Of a stretch of 64,000 bases of DNA, positions 55,638-64,000 are shown piece by piece (position 1 is the stretch's first letter; each line of letters opens with the position of its first letter). Where the stretch lies: the IMG/VR virus record IMGVR_UViG_3300023174_000063. One strand, 5' to 3'. The stretch comes from a virus. The position numbers were made by a program, and so were the translations under genes. Below the pieces are notes generated by a model. It had not been told where the DNA came from. It saw nothing but the letters and a program-made list of their open reading frames with translations, and did not search any database.

Positions 55638-57779
55638 ATGAGAATAGCCCTAATCCCTGGAAGCTTTAAGCCCTATCATGCAGGGCACGATACATTATTT
55701 CGAAAAGCCGCTGCAGAGAATGATAGAGTTATTGTCTTTTACTCGACTGCAGATAGAGCTCGTCCTGGAGAGCTAGCAGTCTCTGGCGAGAACTCAACTC
55801 ACATCATGAATGAGTACGTCTCACGCTCTTTGCCTGGTAATGTCAGTCTAGTAGCATCAAGAGTCCCCATTCGCTCCGTTTTTGAGCTACTGTCTGAAGT
55901 AGATAGTATTTCTAATGATAGCTATGTAATTTACGCTGGCAGCGAGAATATTGCTAAATACAGCACTATTTCAAAGTACGCACCAAATCTTGCAAATTCA
56001 GGAAGAATTGATCTAAAAGAGCTAGTTCGTGGAGAAGATTCACCTAATATTAGCGGAACTGCAATGAGAAACTTTATAATGATAGGTGATGTCGACGCTT
56101 TTAGAATGGGTCTGCCACCGCTACTGCGGCCACAAGCAGAAGAAATTTTTGATCTCTTGGGAGGTGCGTACAAGCGCCCTTTAGGCCCTTCTGAGGGTCT
56201 AGACCCCTCAAGACGTCATACAAGTCGCACGACAAGCTCAGTGCGCCTTAAGACAAACCAGACGATACAAGAGAATTCTAAAAAGAAAAATAAGGCATCC
56301 CAGAGATCGACAAGAAAAAATAAGCAGCTGTTAGAAGAATTTGTAACATCAAATTGCTTATTACTAGAATATGATGAAGGACCGACTGGCTATGATAGCT
56401 GGAGTTCGAGCCCTGGATTCTTAAAAAAAGCATTTATCGCGCCGTTTATGAATATAGTTGGCGCTGCCAAGGCCGGCGGTCTAGATATTGCCAACATTGT
56501 TTCAATACCCTTGAGAGCGCTCTCAGCGAAATTAGGCGGATCAGATGAAGCATTTAAAGATGCAATGTTGGGCTACAAGAGCAGCCGTAATAAGATAGAG
56601 AAGATTTGGGCACCAGTCAAAGAATTTAATAATAAAGCGTTATCGGGAGATGCGCAGATTTTAGCCTTTGGTTTGGCACCCAAAGCATATGTTGCATCAG
56701 CTCTTCTAAAGACTTTTAAGACAGCAATTGCCGGAAAACCTGGCAATGCAGAATCAGGCCTGATCGGTACTTTATCATCTTTGGGCTTGCTGCCTGATGA
56801 ATGGCAAAAATCTTGGGAAGACTTTTCCTCAAACAAGGAAGAAAAAGAAGATATTCAGTCTTATGATGATGCCCGAGAAGAAAAACTTAAGCGCAAAGAG
56901 TTTAAAGATAAACTAAGAAAGCTTGGCGCTGTGTTGTTGCCGGCGCTCGCGGCGCTTCCTGCTTATAGTAACGTCCCGAAAAAAATTCGAGATGAACTCG
57001 AAGAAATACAGGATGACGGAAAATATGAAAAAATTTCGTATGAGCACGTCGAGGCACTAAGAGAATTCCTTGACAACATGGAGGAAGACACAAAAAAAGC
57101 TGACAAATATCTAACAAAGCTAGATGAAATCGATCAAAATCGAAACATGTATCAGCGATACATGAGAGCGACAGGTCTTCGCGGCAGAAGATATAAAAAT
57201 CAAATCAAATTTAGCAATGAAGACTTAAGTAATGTAGCAGCAGGCTCTAAAGAGATTTTGGCGGCTAATTTTACAGCTTTGCGTGAATGCCTCGTTGAAT
57301 ATTCAAAAACAGCGTTGTATGCAGCCGCGCTATTTTCTTCAAAAACGCTAGAAGAAATGCAGAATAATCTAAGGCAGCACAGAGTTAAAGTTGAAAAAGA
57401 AATTAAAGATCTGAATAATGCACTTGAAAAAGGCGTCAAAAATGGAGACAAAAGCCTTCCTAAAGAAAAATTATTTGAGATATCAAAGGCGGCAGTCAAA
57501 GCCGGTCTAGGACAAGCCGTAGATCAAAGACAGCGACAGGTCGTTGATGTGATGAGACAGATTGAAAGTACTCTAGAGACGTCTGACGCAGAAGCAAAAA
57601 AGGTGTTAGAAAACAATCCGGCTGTAAAGACGTTACGGGAAACAATCGACAATACTAAAAAGCTAATGAATGACGTGTTCACGCAGATGAAAGCCGGAAA
57701 AATTCAGTCAGGCACTGCCAATAAAATCGAAGAGATGTTAAGGCAAATTGACGAATATACAAAAAAAATTAAGAGCTAA
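55638..57779 (+). CDS. HxGH cytidyltransferase-like domain fused to a long helical C-terminal region
   Basis: RIALIPGSFKPYHAGH; ISGTAMR; AGGAG SD before ATG 55638. Confidence 0.75.
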   Translation: MRIALIPGSFKPYHAGHDTLFRKAAAENDRVIVFYSTADRARPGELAVSGENSTHIMNEYVSRSLPGNVSLVASRVPIRSVFELLSEVDSISNDSYVIYAGSENIAKYSTISKYAPNLANSGRIDLKELVRGEDSPNISGTAMRNFIMIGDVDAFRMGLPPLLRPQAEEIFDLLGGAYKRPLGPSEGLDPSRRHTSRTTSSVRLKTNQTIQENSKKKNKASQRSTRKNKQLLEEFVTSNCLLLEYDEGPTGYDSWSSSPGFLKKAFIAPFMNIVGAAKAGGLDIANIVSIPLRALSAKLGGSDEAFKDAMLGYKSSRNKIEKIWAPVKEFNNKALSGDAQILAFGLAPKAYVASALLKTFKTAIAGKPGNAESGLIGTLSSLGLLPDEWQKSWEDFSSNKEEKEDIQSYDDAREEKLKRKEFKDKLRKLGAVLLPALAALPAYSNVPKKIRDELEEIQDDGKYEKISYEHVEALREFLDNMEEDTKKADKYLTKLDEIDQNRNMYQRYMRATGLRGRRYKNQIKFSNEDLSNVAAGSKEILAANFTALRECLVEYSKTALYAAALFSSKTLEEMQNNLRQHRVKVEKEIKDLNNALEKGVKNGDKSLPKEKLFEISKAAVKAGLGQAVDQRQRQVVDVMRQIESTLETSDAEAKKVLENNPAVKTLRETIDNTKKLMNDVFTQMKAGKIQSGTANKIEEMLRQIDEYTKKIKS

Positions 57780-57844
57780 TTAGTTATTAATTTTTTTGCT
57801 TCGCCTTGTAGAATTTCTTTGCAGTAGAAATTTTAAGAGGTTTT

Positions 57845-58165
57845 ATGCAGAAAAAACAGTGGATACCTGAAATCTACTATGAAGATACGCCAGACGGCAT
57901 CACGTCGTCTATTCCTTTTATTGACGTACCTGATGGGCATACTATGCCTGCCGTGCTTTTTATTTTTGAGTCTCAAAAAACAGGTGAATCAGAGCCGGGG
58001 CCTGAGGGCGAAGACATTCCAATTGTGCAGCTAGATTTACATCAATATGCAAATATGAAAATGTTGCAAGCATCACTTCCCCCGGGTACATATGATGAAG
58101 TTCGTCTGGCATTAGGTTTAGAGAAGTTAGAAGACGCCAGACGAAAAGGCAAAGAGTTAAATTAA
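57845..58165 (+). CDS. Hypothetical protein
   Basis: GAGG SD; 106 aa. Confidence 0.75.
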   Translation: MQKKQWIPEIYYEDTPDGITSSIPFIDVPDGHTMPAVLFIFESQKTGESEPGPEGEDIPIVQLDLHQYANMKMLQASLPPGTYDEVRLALGLEKLEDARRKGKELN

Positions 58166-58193
58166 TTCTTGAGACCAACACCAGGAGCAAATA

Positions 58194-58529
58194 ATGTATC
58201 AAGTAGGACAAATTATTTATGTTGTTGCTCAAAGGAAAGTCATTCCTGTGCAAATTGCTGAGCAATTAATTAGACGAACTGTCGATGGTGAGAGTGTAGA
58301 GTATCGTGTCACGATTGACTCGACCACAAAGCGACTCTTTGATTTGGCAGAAATTGGAAGTCTGCATTTTGAATCGATGCAGCTAGTACGTGAACACATG
58401 ATGGAAGTTGCAACGCGAACTGTCAACGATCTGTTGACGCATGCACACGAAGAGGCCTTAAAGCGCTTTAAAACTGCTGAAAGTAATTTTCACAACGAAA
58501 GCACTGAAGACTTTAGACAGACTGCTTAA
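58194..58529 (+). CDS. Hypothetical protein
   Basis: AGGAG SD; MYQVGQIIYVV. Confidence 0.75.
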   Translation: MYQVGQIIYVVAQRKVIPVQIAEQLIRRTVDGESVEYRVTIDSTTKRLFDLAEIGSLHFESMQLVREHMMEVATRTVNDLLTHAHEEALKRFKTAESNFHNESTEDFRQTA

Positions 58530-58543
58530 AATATCGCAATCAC

Positions 58544-58572
58544 GTGTATAAGTCTAGCTTGCGTGTTAGAGT
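58544..58572 (+). promoter_or_regulatory. Possible promoter GTGTAT-N17-TAGAGT
   Basis: Weaker match to the recurrent class. Confidence 0.4.
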
Positions 58573-58607
58573 TATTTTAACGACATGCTAGTCGTTCTAG
58601 GAGAACA

Positions 58608-59423
58608 ATGAAGGTTTTGCTTCTTGATGGATACAACATGCTGTATCGTGCAAGATCTGGACATGCAACTTTTGGCAGCAGCGCTGAAGACAACAATAGC
58701 ATTATATTCACGTTTTTCAGAAGCCTTCGTCACATCGTCGACACTCACAAGCCTGATCGCGTCTATTTTGTCTTAGAGGGTATTCCTAAAGACAGAATTG
58801 CTATGCATGAAGAGTACAAGGCACAGAGAGTCTATCATGACAGAGACGGATTTCAGCGTCAGCGCAAAAAAATCATAGAAGTCATAAGAAATTATTTGCC
58901 CATTCACGTTGTCCGTCATCCTGACTTTGAGTGCGATGACGTTTTGGCAGCAATAGCACAGCACACTCACGCAGAAGACGAGTGCATTGTTGTGTCGACT
59001 GACACTGACTTCTTTCAGCTTTTTAACTCTAGCAAGAATGTCAAAATTTACAATCCGATCAAGAAGTCTTTCGTCGAGCCTCTCGATTACGACTACGTAA
59101 CATACAAAGCTCTTAAAGGCGATAGCAGCGATAATATTGAAGGTTTTAAAGGCATTGGCGACAAGCGCGCCAAAAGTCTGTTGTCAAGCAAGGACAGCTT
59201 AAATGCGTTTCTTGCAGAATCAGATAATCGTGAAAAATTTGACAAAAATTGTTTTCTCATAAAATTTCATGATCTTAGTAGCAAGATGACAGAGCTTTCT
59301 AGCAGCTGCTCAGCATTTTTGACAAGCGAGTTGAAAGCTGTGTTCAATGAGCTCGGATTTCAGTCAATTACAAACGACATATCTTGGAAAAAGTACACGA
59401 AAACCTTCGCCGACCTTGCGTAA
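58608..59423 (+). CDS. Second 5'-3' exonuclease / flap endonuclease
   Basis: LLLDGYNMLYRA; EYKAQR; FECDDVLA; STDTDFFQL; LKGDSSDNIEGFKGIGDK. Confidence 0.92.
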   Translation: MKVLLLDGYNMLYRARSGHATFGSSAEDNNSIIFTFFRSLRHIVDTHKPDRVYFVLEGIPKDRIAMHEEYKAQRVYHDRDGFQRQRKKIIEVIRNYLPIHVVRHPDFECDDVLAAIAQHTHAEDECIVVSTDTDFFQLFNSSKNVKIYNPIKKSFVEPLDYDYVTYKALKGDSSDNIEGFKGIGDKRAKSLLSSKDSLNAFLAESDNREKFDKNCFLIKFHDLSSKMTELSSSCSAFLTSELKAVFNELGFQSITNDISWKKYTKTFADLA

Positions 59424-59426
59424 ATT

Positions 59427-59455
59427 GTGTACATTTGCGCAGTCGTGTCTATTAT
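59427..59455 (+). promoter_or_regulatory. Promoter GTGTAC-N17-TATTAT upstream of the groEL unit
   Basis: Variant of the recurrent class. Confidence 0.55.
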
Positions 59456-59482
59456 TCTAGTAATGATCTTGGAGGTATGTAA

Positions 59483-59668
59483 GTGGAAAAGTCGTTAAGC
59501 GAGAAAGATGTTCGAGCTCTTCGAGAGCAGGGAATATTGCAAACTGATGAAATGGCATTTCTGGTCGGTGGCGAAGTAATTGCAGAAAATATATTGAGCA
59601 AGACACGTCGACGACTTGATACTGCAGGTGTCTTGTTGGAGTCTAAGCGTACACTGCTAAGGGGCTAA
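59483..59668 (+). CDS. Small hypothetical protein upstream of groEL
   Basis: GGAGG SD; GTG start; 61 aa; not GroES-like. Confidence 0.7.
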   Translation: MEKSLSEKDVRALREQGILQTDEMAFLVGGEVIAENILSKTRRRLDTAGVLLESKRTLLRG

Positions 59669-59669
59669 T

Positions 59670-61277
59670 GTGAAAAAAGACATAATCTTTGGTGATGATG
59701 CTCGCTCAAGGCTCTACACAGGCGTCAATAAACTTGCAACTGCTGTTAGAGTCACAATGGGACCCAGCGGTCAGAATGTTCTAATTGAAAGGCAAGATGC
59801 ACCGCCCCATCTTACAAAAGATGGAGTCACTGTAGCACAAGCCATTCAGCTGCGTGACAAGTATGAGAATCTAGGCGCACAGATTGTAAAAGAAGCAGCA
59901 CAAAGAACTGCTGATATCGCAGGAGATGGCACAACAACTGCGACAGTTCTTGCACATTCAATGTATGCTGAAGGCCTTAAGATGATTGCGGCAGGCATGA
60001 GTACTTCTGAGATTTGTCGAGGAATTGATGCAGCTGTAAGACATGTTGAAGAAGAACTTCGTCTAATGTCAAAAGACGTCACGAGCGATGAAGACGTCGA
60101 GCATGTAGGAACCATTTCGGCAAATGGTGACTCGAATATTGGAAAGCTTCTTTGCAAGGCTGTCAGAGCTGTAGGGCCGACAGGCACTGTTACCGTAGAA
60201 GATGCTAAAGGTTTTGAGACAACTCTAGAGCTGACTGAGGGCACACACATAGACAGAGGTTATGTGTCACCTTACTTTGTGACCAATCAAGACAAGATGA
60301 CAGTTGAGCAGATTAATCCTCTTGTTTTTCTCGCTAACAAGCGTCTATCTTCTCTCAAAGAAATACTTCCAATTTTAGAGGCTGCTCATGAATCAAAGCG
60401 ACCCTTGCTTATTATCGCTGATGATATTGAAGGAGAAGCAGCCCAGGGTCTTGTTGTCAACAAGATAAAAGGCACATTGCAGGTTTGCGCAATTAAGTCT
60501 CCGGAGTTTGGAGAATCTCGAGTTGTTGCGATGCAAGACTTATCAGTTATGTTTGGGGCTCAAGTTTATACACATGCAGATTCTGCCATAGGACCTCCGT
60601 CCAAAGACAGCCTGGGTTCATGCAAGAAGGCTCTAATTACAAAGCAGACGACAATTATAATTGCAGACGACAAGCGTCGTGAGCTCATTGCTGACAGAAT
60701 TCAAAGTCTCAAGACTAGTCTAGCCGCATCAGAGGATCCAGAAGTCCTTCAAAGGAGTATATCTAGGCTATCAGATGGCATTGCAGTCATAAAGGTTGGC
60801 GGAGCGACTGAAATTGAGTTAAAAGAGCGAAAAGACAGAGTTGACGATGCACTCTGTGCAACGCAAGCAGCAATTGCTGAAGGAATTCTGCCTGGCGGCG
60901 GCGTGGCTCTAATTAGGGCTTCACTCAAGCTCAATTCATTTGCAAGTAGCAACAGCGCTGACTTCAACTGCGGCATTAAGATTGTTCAAGCAGCTTGTCA
61001 AGAGCCTCTTAGACAAATCGTTTTAAACACAGGCGGCGTTCCTGATCTTGTTTTAGAAAAAGTTCGACGACAAAAAGCAAACAAAGGATATGACGCGAGA
61101 ACGGGAAGTTTTGTAGACATGCTCGAATCTGGAATTATTGATCCATCTAGAGTTGTTAGAGCTGCAATCAGCAATGCCGGATCTGCTGCAAGAAACTTAC
61201 TTTCAGTTGGATGTGCTATGACCTTCGAAGAAGAGGTACCTGAGACTGACCAGTCGGGGCTTGTTGAGCTAGAGTAG
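59670..61277 (+). CDS. groEL: Chaperonin GroEL
   Basis: TMGPSG; TKDGVTVA; AGDGTTTATVLA; DRGYVSPYF; KVGGATEIELKERKDRVDDA; ILPGGG; GIIDP. Confidence 0.96.
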   Translation: MKKDIIFGDDARSRLYTGVNKLATAVRVTMGPSGQNVLIERQDAPPHLTKDGVTVAQAIQLRDKYENLGAQIVKEAAQRTADIAGDGTTTATVLAHSMYAEGLKMIAAGMSTSEICRGIDAAVRHVEEELRLMSKDVTSDEDVEHVGTISANGDSNIGKLLCKAVRAVGPTGTVTVEDAKGFETTLELTEGTHIDRGYVSPYFVTNQDKMTVEQINPLVFLANKRLSSLKEILPILEAAHESKRPLLIIADDIEGEAAQGLVVNKIKGTLQVCAIKSPEFGESRVVAMQDLSVMFGAQVYTHADSAIGPPSKDSLGSCKKALITKQTTIIIADDKRRELIADRIQSLKTSLAASEDPEVLQRSISRLSDGIAVIKVGGATEIELKERKDRVDDALCATQAAIAEGILPGGGVALIRASLKLNSFASSNSADFNCGIKIVQAACQEPLRQIVLNTGGVPDLVLEKVRRQKANKGYDARTGSFVDMLESGIIDPSRVVRAAISNAGSAARNLLSVGCAMTFEEEVPETDQSGLVELE

Positions 61278-61305
61278 TGCAAGACTTTGTACAATTTTGT
61301 ATAAT
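61277..61305 (+). promoter_or_regulatory. Promoter GTGCAA-N17-TATAAT upstream of the sigma-factor unit
   Basis: Perfect -10 box, 17-nt spacer. Confidence 0.65.
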
Positions 61306-61343
61306 GTCTTTATACCAGCTAAGTTATAAAAGGAGAAACTGTA

Positions 61344-61595
61344 ATGTCAAACGCTAATGTAAAGAATAGCATTGAAAACTTTAATAGAGACGTTCTAGTA
61401 AAGATGTCAGACTCTGAAGTAAATGATATGTTGTCGCAATTCAAGAATAGAATAGAGGTGCTGTCCCGCCGCGGCGAGAGCACAAAGCTTCTAGAGACTG
61501 AATTCTGTTATATTCAAGACGAGGCCCAGCGCCGCGCAAGGTACAGCCCTGTTTTTTCATATTTTCTCAATCAGAACAATCCAGTCGAAGCCTAA
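61344..61595 (+). CDS. Hypothetical protein
   Basis: AAGGAG SD; 83 aa. Confidence 0.75.
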   Translation: MSNANVKNSIENFNRDVLVKMSDSEVNDMLSQFKNRIEVLSRRGESTKLLETEFCYIQDEAQRRARYSPVFSYFLNQNNPVEA

Positions 61596-61632
61596 TTAAC
61601 CTGCCGGTTAATAAAACAAAAAGAGGTTTTTA

Positions 61633-62418
61633 ATGAGTGAAGTCTTGCAACAGTTTTTTAAGCAAGTTGGTCGCCGCGATCTCCTCACAAGAGACGAGGA
61701 AATAGAGCTTTCTCAAAAAATTGAGATGGGCGACCGACGAGCGCGCGACAAGATGATTCAAGCAAATCTTAGATTGGCAATCAGCATTGCTAAAAAGTAT
61801 CAAGATAAGGGATGCGATCTTTCTGACTTGATTCAAGAGTCGAGCGTCGGGCTCATTAAAGCTGTCGATAGGTTTGACTGGCGCCGGGGATTTAAGTTTT
61901 CAACTTATGCCTGCTGGTGGATCAAGCAGTCTGTTAGGCGTCATATTGCAGATCAGTCTGGTCTGATAAAGCTTCCTTCACACACCAAGAACATGATGTG
62001 GAAAATTAAGCAGACCACGCAGGAATATGAAGAAGAGTTTGGACAGCAACCCACTTTTGCAGAGCTAGCTGCTCTTCTTGGTGTCTCTGAGGAGACGATC
62101 GAAAATACTATTTCGTGCAATGTGGGTTCTATTGCATCACTTGACAGTGCGACGCATACCAACAATGACGAATCTAGTCGGCAACTCAGCGAGACTATTG
62201 TAGACACTCAGGCAGTTGACCCGCTTGAAATGCTTGACAAGCAAAAGACGCTGCAGATTATAAAAGATGCGCTCTCTTCTCTATCGCCCAGAGAAGAAAA
62301 GATTATGCGCCTTAGATTTGGAATTGTCGATCAGGAAAACGATCATGTTAACTTTCCTATCACGTTTAGCCAGATAGAAAAACTTAAGACACAGGAGAAT
62401 CATAACAATGATGCCTAA
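61633..62418 (+). CDS. sigma70-family (RpoD/RpoS-like) sigma factor truncated before region 4.2
   Basis: LLTRDEEIEL; ANLRLAISIAKKY; DLIQE..GLIKAVDRFD.RRGFKFSTYACWWIKQ; region 3; LSPREEKIMRLRFG with no TRERIRQ-type helix after it. Confidence 0.92.
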   Translation: MSEVLQQFFKQVGRRDLLTRDEEIELSQKIEMGDRRARDKMIQANLRLAISIAKKYQDKGCDLSDLIQESSVGLIKAVDRFDWRRGFKFSTYACWWIKQSVRRHIADQSGLIKLPSHTKNMMWKIKQTTQEYEEEFGQQPTFAELAALLGVSEETIENTISCNVGSIASLDSATHTNNDESSRQLSETIVDTQAVDPLEMLDKQKTLQIIKDALSSLSPREEKIMRLRFGIVDQENDHVNFPITFSQIEKLKTQENHNNDA

Positions 62419-62689
62419 GGGCCATAAGTCTAAAAACGGTTATGCTACAATTACAGATATTGAGGGAGCACTCGATTATCGTAGCATTGCTGAGAAAATG
62501 ACTGCGAGTGGTGATAAAATGAATCATGCAACTGCAAGAAATATTTTTATGAATGCAATGCGTAAAATTGCTAAGCCTCTTCATGAGTTGCACAATATGC
62601 CGCTTGATGAAAATTCCATTGCAGACACTGCAAGAGACCCTAGATTTCAAGAGGGCGTTATCTCAATTCTAGATGATGAACGGAACTAA
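62408..62689 (+). CDS. Helix-turn-helix protein resembling sigma region 4.2
   Basis: LDYRSIAEKMT..G.KMNHATARNIFMNAMRKIA; own AGGAG SD; 11-nt overlap with the sigma gene. Confidence 0.6.
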   Translation: MMPKGHKSKNGYATITDIEGALDYRSIAEKMTASGDKMNHATARNIFMNAMRKIAKPLHELHNMPLDENSIADTARDPRFQEGVISILDDERN

Positions 62690-62691
62690 AA

Positions 62692-63204
62692 ATGCCTTTA
62701 AAGTGGAAATATTTTTTGAGTAAGCGTCGAATGACGCCTAGCCAATTTTTAGAGACAAATAAGATTTCTAGCTATGATTCTTTGGCGGAGTGCTTGCAAA
62801 AACTCGATATCGAGCTGCCCCAGTTTGATGAAGTTGCGCATCATTTTACAAAAAAAATAATGCCGCCATTGCATTCAAATGAAAAGATAAAGACAAAATC
62901 TTCGAACAGCAAGACAGTCAATGTATCTGGGGCACGTGTCGATTTAGATGATAAGCCTCTGCTGCCAGAAGTAGATCAACCGAATACACAACAGGAATTC
63001 TTGTTGCAGGCGCCATCTGAGCGCAGCATTGTCGAGACAGTAGAAGAATCTAGCGAAGCAAGTGTTGTAAGCGCATCGGAGACTGCAACACATGTCACTC
63101 AGCAAAATGCTAGCAAGCCTAGCAAGAAGAACAAGTCCGCCAAAAAACAAAAGATTGTCTCATTCAGCCAGGAAGAGAATCTTGCCAAAGATGAGGCACA
63201 TTAA
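62692..63204 (+). CDS. Hypothetical protein (folded N-terminus, disordered C-terminus)
   Basis: 170-aa ORF tightly packed after the HTH gene. Confidence 0.7.
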   Translation: MPLKWKYFLSKRRMTPSQFLETNKISSYDSLAECLQKLDIELPQFDEVAHHFTKKIMPPLHSNEKIKTKSSNSKTVNVSGARVDLDDKPLLPEVDQPNTQQEFLLQAPSERSIVETVEESSEASVVSASETATHVTQQNASKPSKKNKSAKKQKIVSFSQEENLAKDEAH

Positions 63205-63254
63205 AATGTGCAATTTCTTTAAAACAAACACCTTGGATTCAGGGTGGTCTCACA

Positions 63255-63491
63255 ATGAAGTCAGTCGATAAAAAATGCTTAAAGCCTAATGCTCTGGTCT
63301 TGCTCGGGCAAGGCCACTATGCTCTGCCGATAGAAACAGGCAGCACATCAAATTTTTTTACTGTAAAAAACGAAGCAAGAGCACTCTTAATTGAAAGAGT
63401 CGGTGATAGTCACCATGGACCAAATTGCTGGCTTGTCCTCTCGAATGGTGAGAGGATGCTAGCTTGGGAAGATCAGTTTAAATTGGCTTGA
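63255..63491 (+). CDS. Small hypothetical protein (SH3-like beta pattern)
   Basis: LKPNALVLL...ALLIERV...WLVLSNGERM. Confidence 0.6.
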   Translation: MKSVDKKCLKPNALVLLGQGHYALPIETGSTSNFFTVKNEARALLIERVGDSHHGPNCWLVLSNGERMLAWEDQFKLA

Positions 63492-63519
63492 ATGCCACCG
63501 TTGATTGAAGGAGAAGACA

Positions 63520-63768
63520 ATGGCCACACGTGAGCTAGTTAATGAGCTTGTAGAGAAGTTGCTGTACCTTGAGAATGAGATGACGACTCTTAAGGAGGAC
63601 AAGAAGCAGCTCCTCGAGGATTACAAGGACAAGCTTGATGTTAAAGCATTTCAGGCAGCTGTACGAATCGCCAAGATCAAGGCCAAGTTGCGAGATACGT
63701 CAGAGACTGAGTTTGACAACATGCTTCTTGCAATTGAAGACAAGATCAGCGTCGACTTTATTCCGTAA
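63520..63768 (+). CDS. GapR/DUF2312 / T4 DsbA-like dsDNA-binding protein
   Basis: LVEKLLYLENEMTTLKEDKKQLLEDYK..LDVKAFQAAVRIAK; AAGGAG SD. Confidence 0.65.
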   Translation: MATRELVNELVEKLLYLENEMTTLKEDKKQLLEDYKDKLDVKAFQAAVRIAKIKAKLRDTSETEFDNMLLAIEDKISVDFIP

Positions 63769-63774
63769 GATAGC

Positions 63775-64000
63775 ATGAAAGTCTACGAGATTTTTACTTT
63801 CCTCGATAGAAGGGAACGCAGTGGTCGACAAGGTCATGTGGCGTTTGTTCTTGGCGAGTCTGAGTCTGAAGCATGGCATTCTGCTGCAAAGTCTATACCC
63901 CGCGTATGGCAAAATTGCGGAATAAGAGAGGTCACAAGAGAGAGCGTCAAGCAGCGTTTAAATTTTTTAAATTCTGAGCTTAAAGAATGCAAAGATATTT
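63775..64000 (+). CDS. Hypothetical protein (partial, runs off window end)
   Basis: MKVYEIFTFLDRRERSGRQGHVAFVLG... open to the end of the window. Confidence 0.6.
   Translation, partial: MKVYEIFTFLDRRERSGRQGHVAFVLGESESEAWHSAAKSIPRVWQNCGIREVTRESVKQRLNFLNSELKECKDI

Noticed and set aside
59483-59668. groES
   Set aside because: Too short and lacks the PLxDRV and GxG mobile-loop motifs
12310-63768. Bacterial chromosome origin (recA, dnaE, groEL, sigma70 present)
   Set aside because: Co-located with tape measure/baseplate genes, gp32-, gp41- and gp39/52-type genes and single-strand dense packing, which indicates a large phage
339-63912. Numerous minus-strand and nested ORFs in the track
   Set aside because: All are shadows of longer + strand genes, with no recognisable motifs
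1-64000. Alternative genetic code (stop-codon reassignment, seen in some huge phages)
   Set aside because: Code 11 gives full-length conserved genes at high density; TAA, TGA and TAG all end genes at expected positions (TAG ends GroEL, TGA ends the SSB)

Overview
This is a 64-kb segment of a large (jumbo/'huge') tailed dsDNA phage with distant T4-like architecture. Essentially all real genes are on the + strand, densely packed, and read in the standard genetic code. Order of modules: (1) tape measure and baseplate genes (0.2-12.3 kb). (2) Replication/recombination core: minimal PolA, HD protein, gp32-like SSB, RecA/UvsX, 5'-3' exonuclease, gp41-like helicase, class II RNR (12.3-21.4 kb). (3) A repeat-rich fibre-like protein, a J-domain protein and a two-subunit topoisomerase II (21.5-28.3 kb). 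(4) An MBD4-like plus Fpg/Nei glycosylase pair, then a pyrimidine-nucleotide cluster (dUTPase/MazG, pseudo-MazG-HAD fusion, atypical ThyX, NDT-family enzyme, SDR). DnaE sits between this and a second cluster (dNMP-kinase/TS-like fusion, SDR, Tdk, dCMP deaminase) (28.3-43.2 kb). (5) A block of putative late, head-packaged proteins including degenerate enzymes, and a spanin-like pair (43.2-57.8 kb). (6) A second 5'-3' exonuclease, GroEL, a sigma70 lacking region 4.2 followed by a separate HTH gene, and a GapR/DsbA-like protein. The strongest leads are a possible undescribed pyrimidine hypermodification pathway with matching repair, an apparently split sigma factor with a matching non-canonical promoter class (GTGTAA-N17-TAyAAT), and capsid-targeting tags on enzyme cargo. 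All family assignments come from motif recognition by eye; no searches were run.
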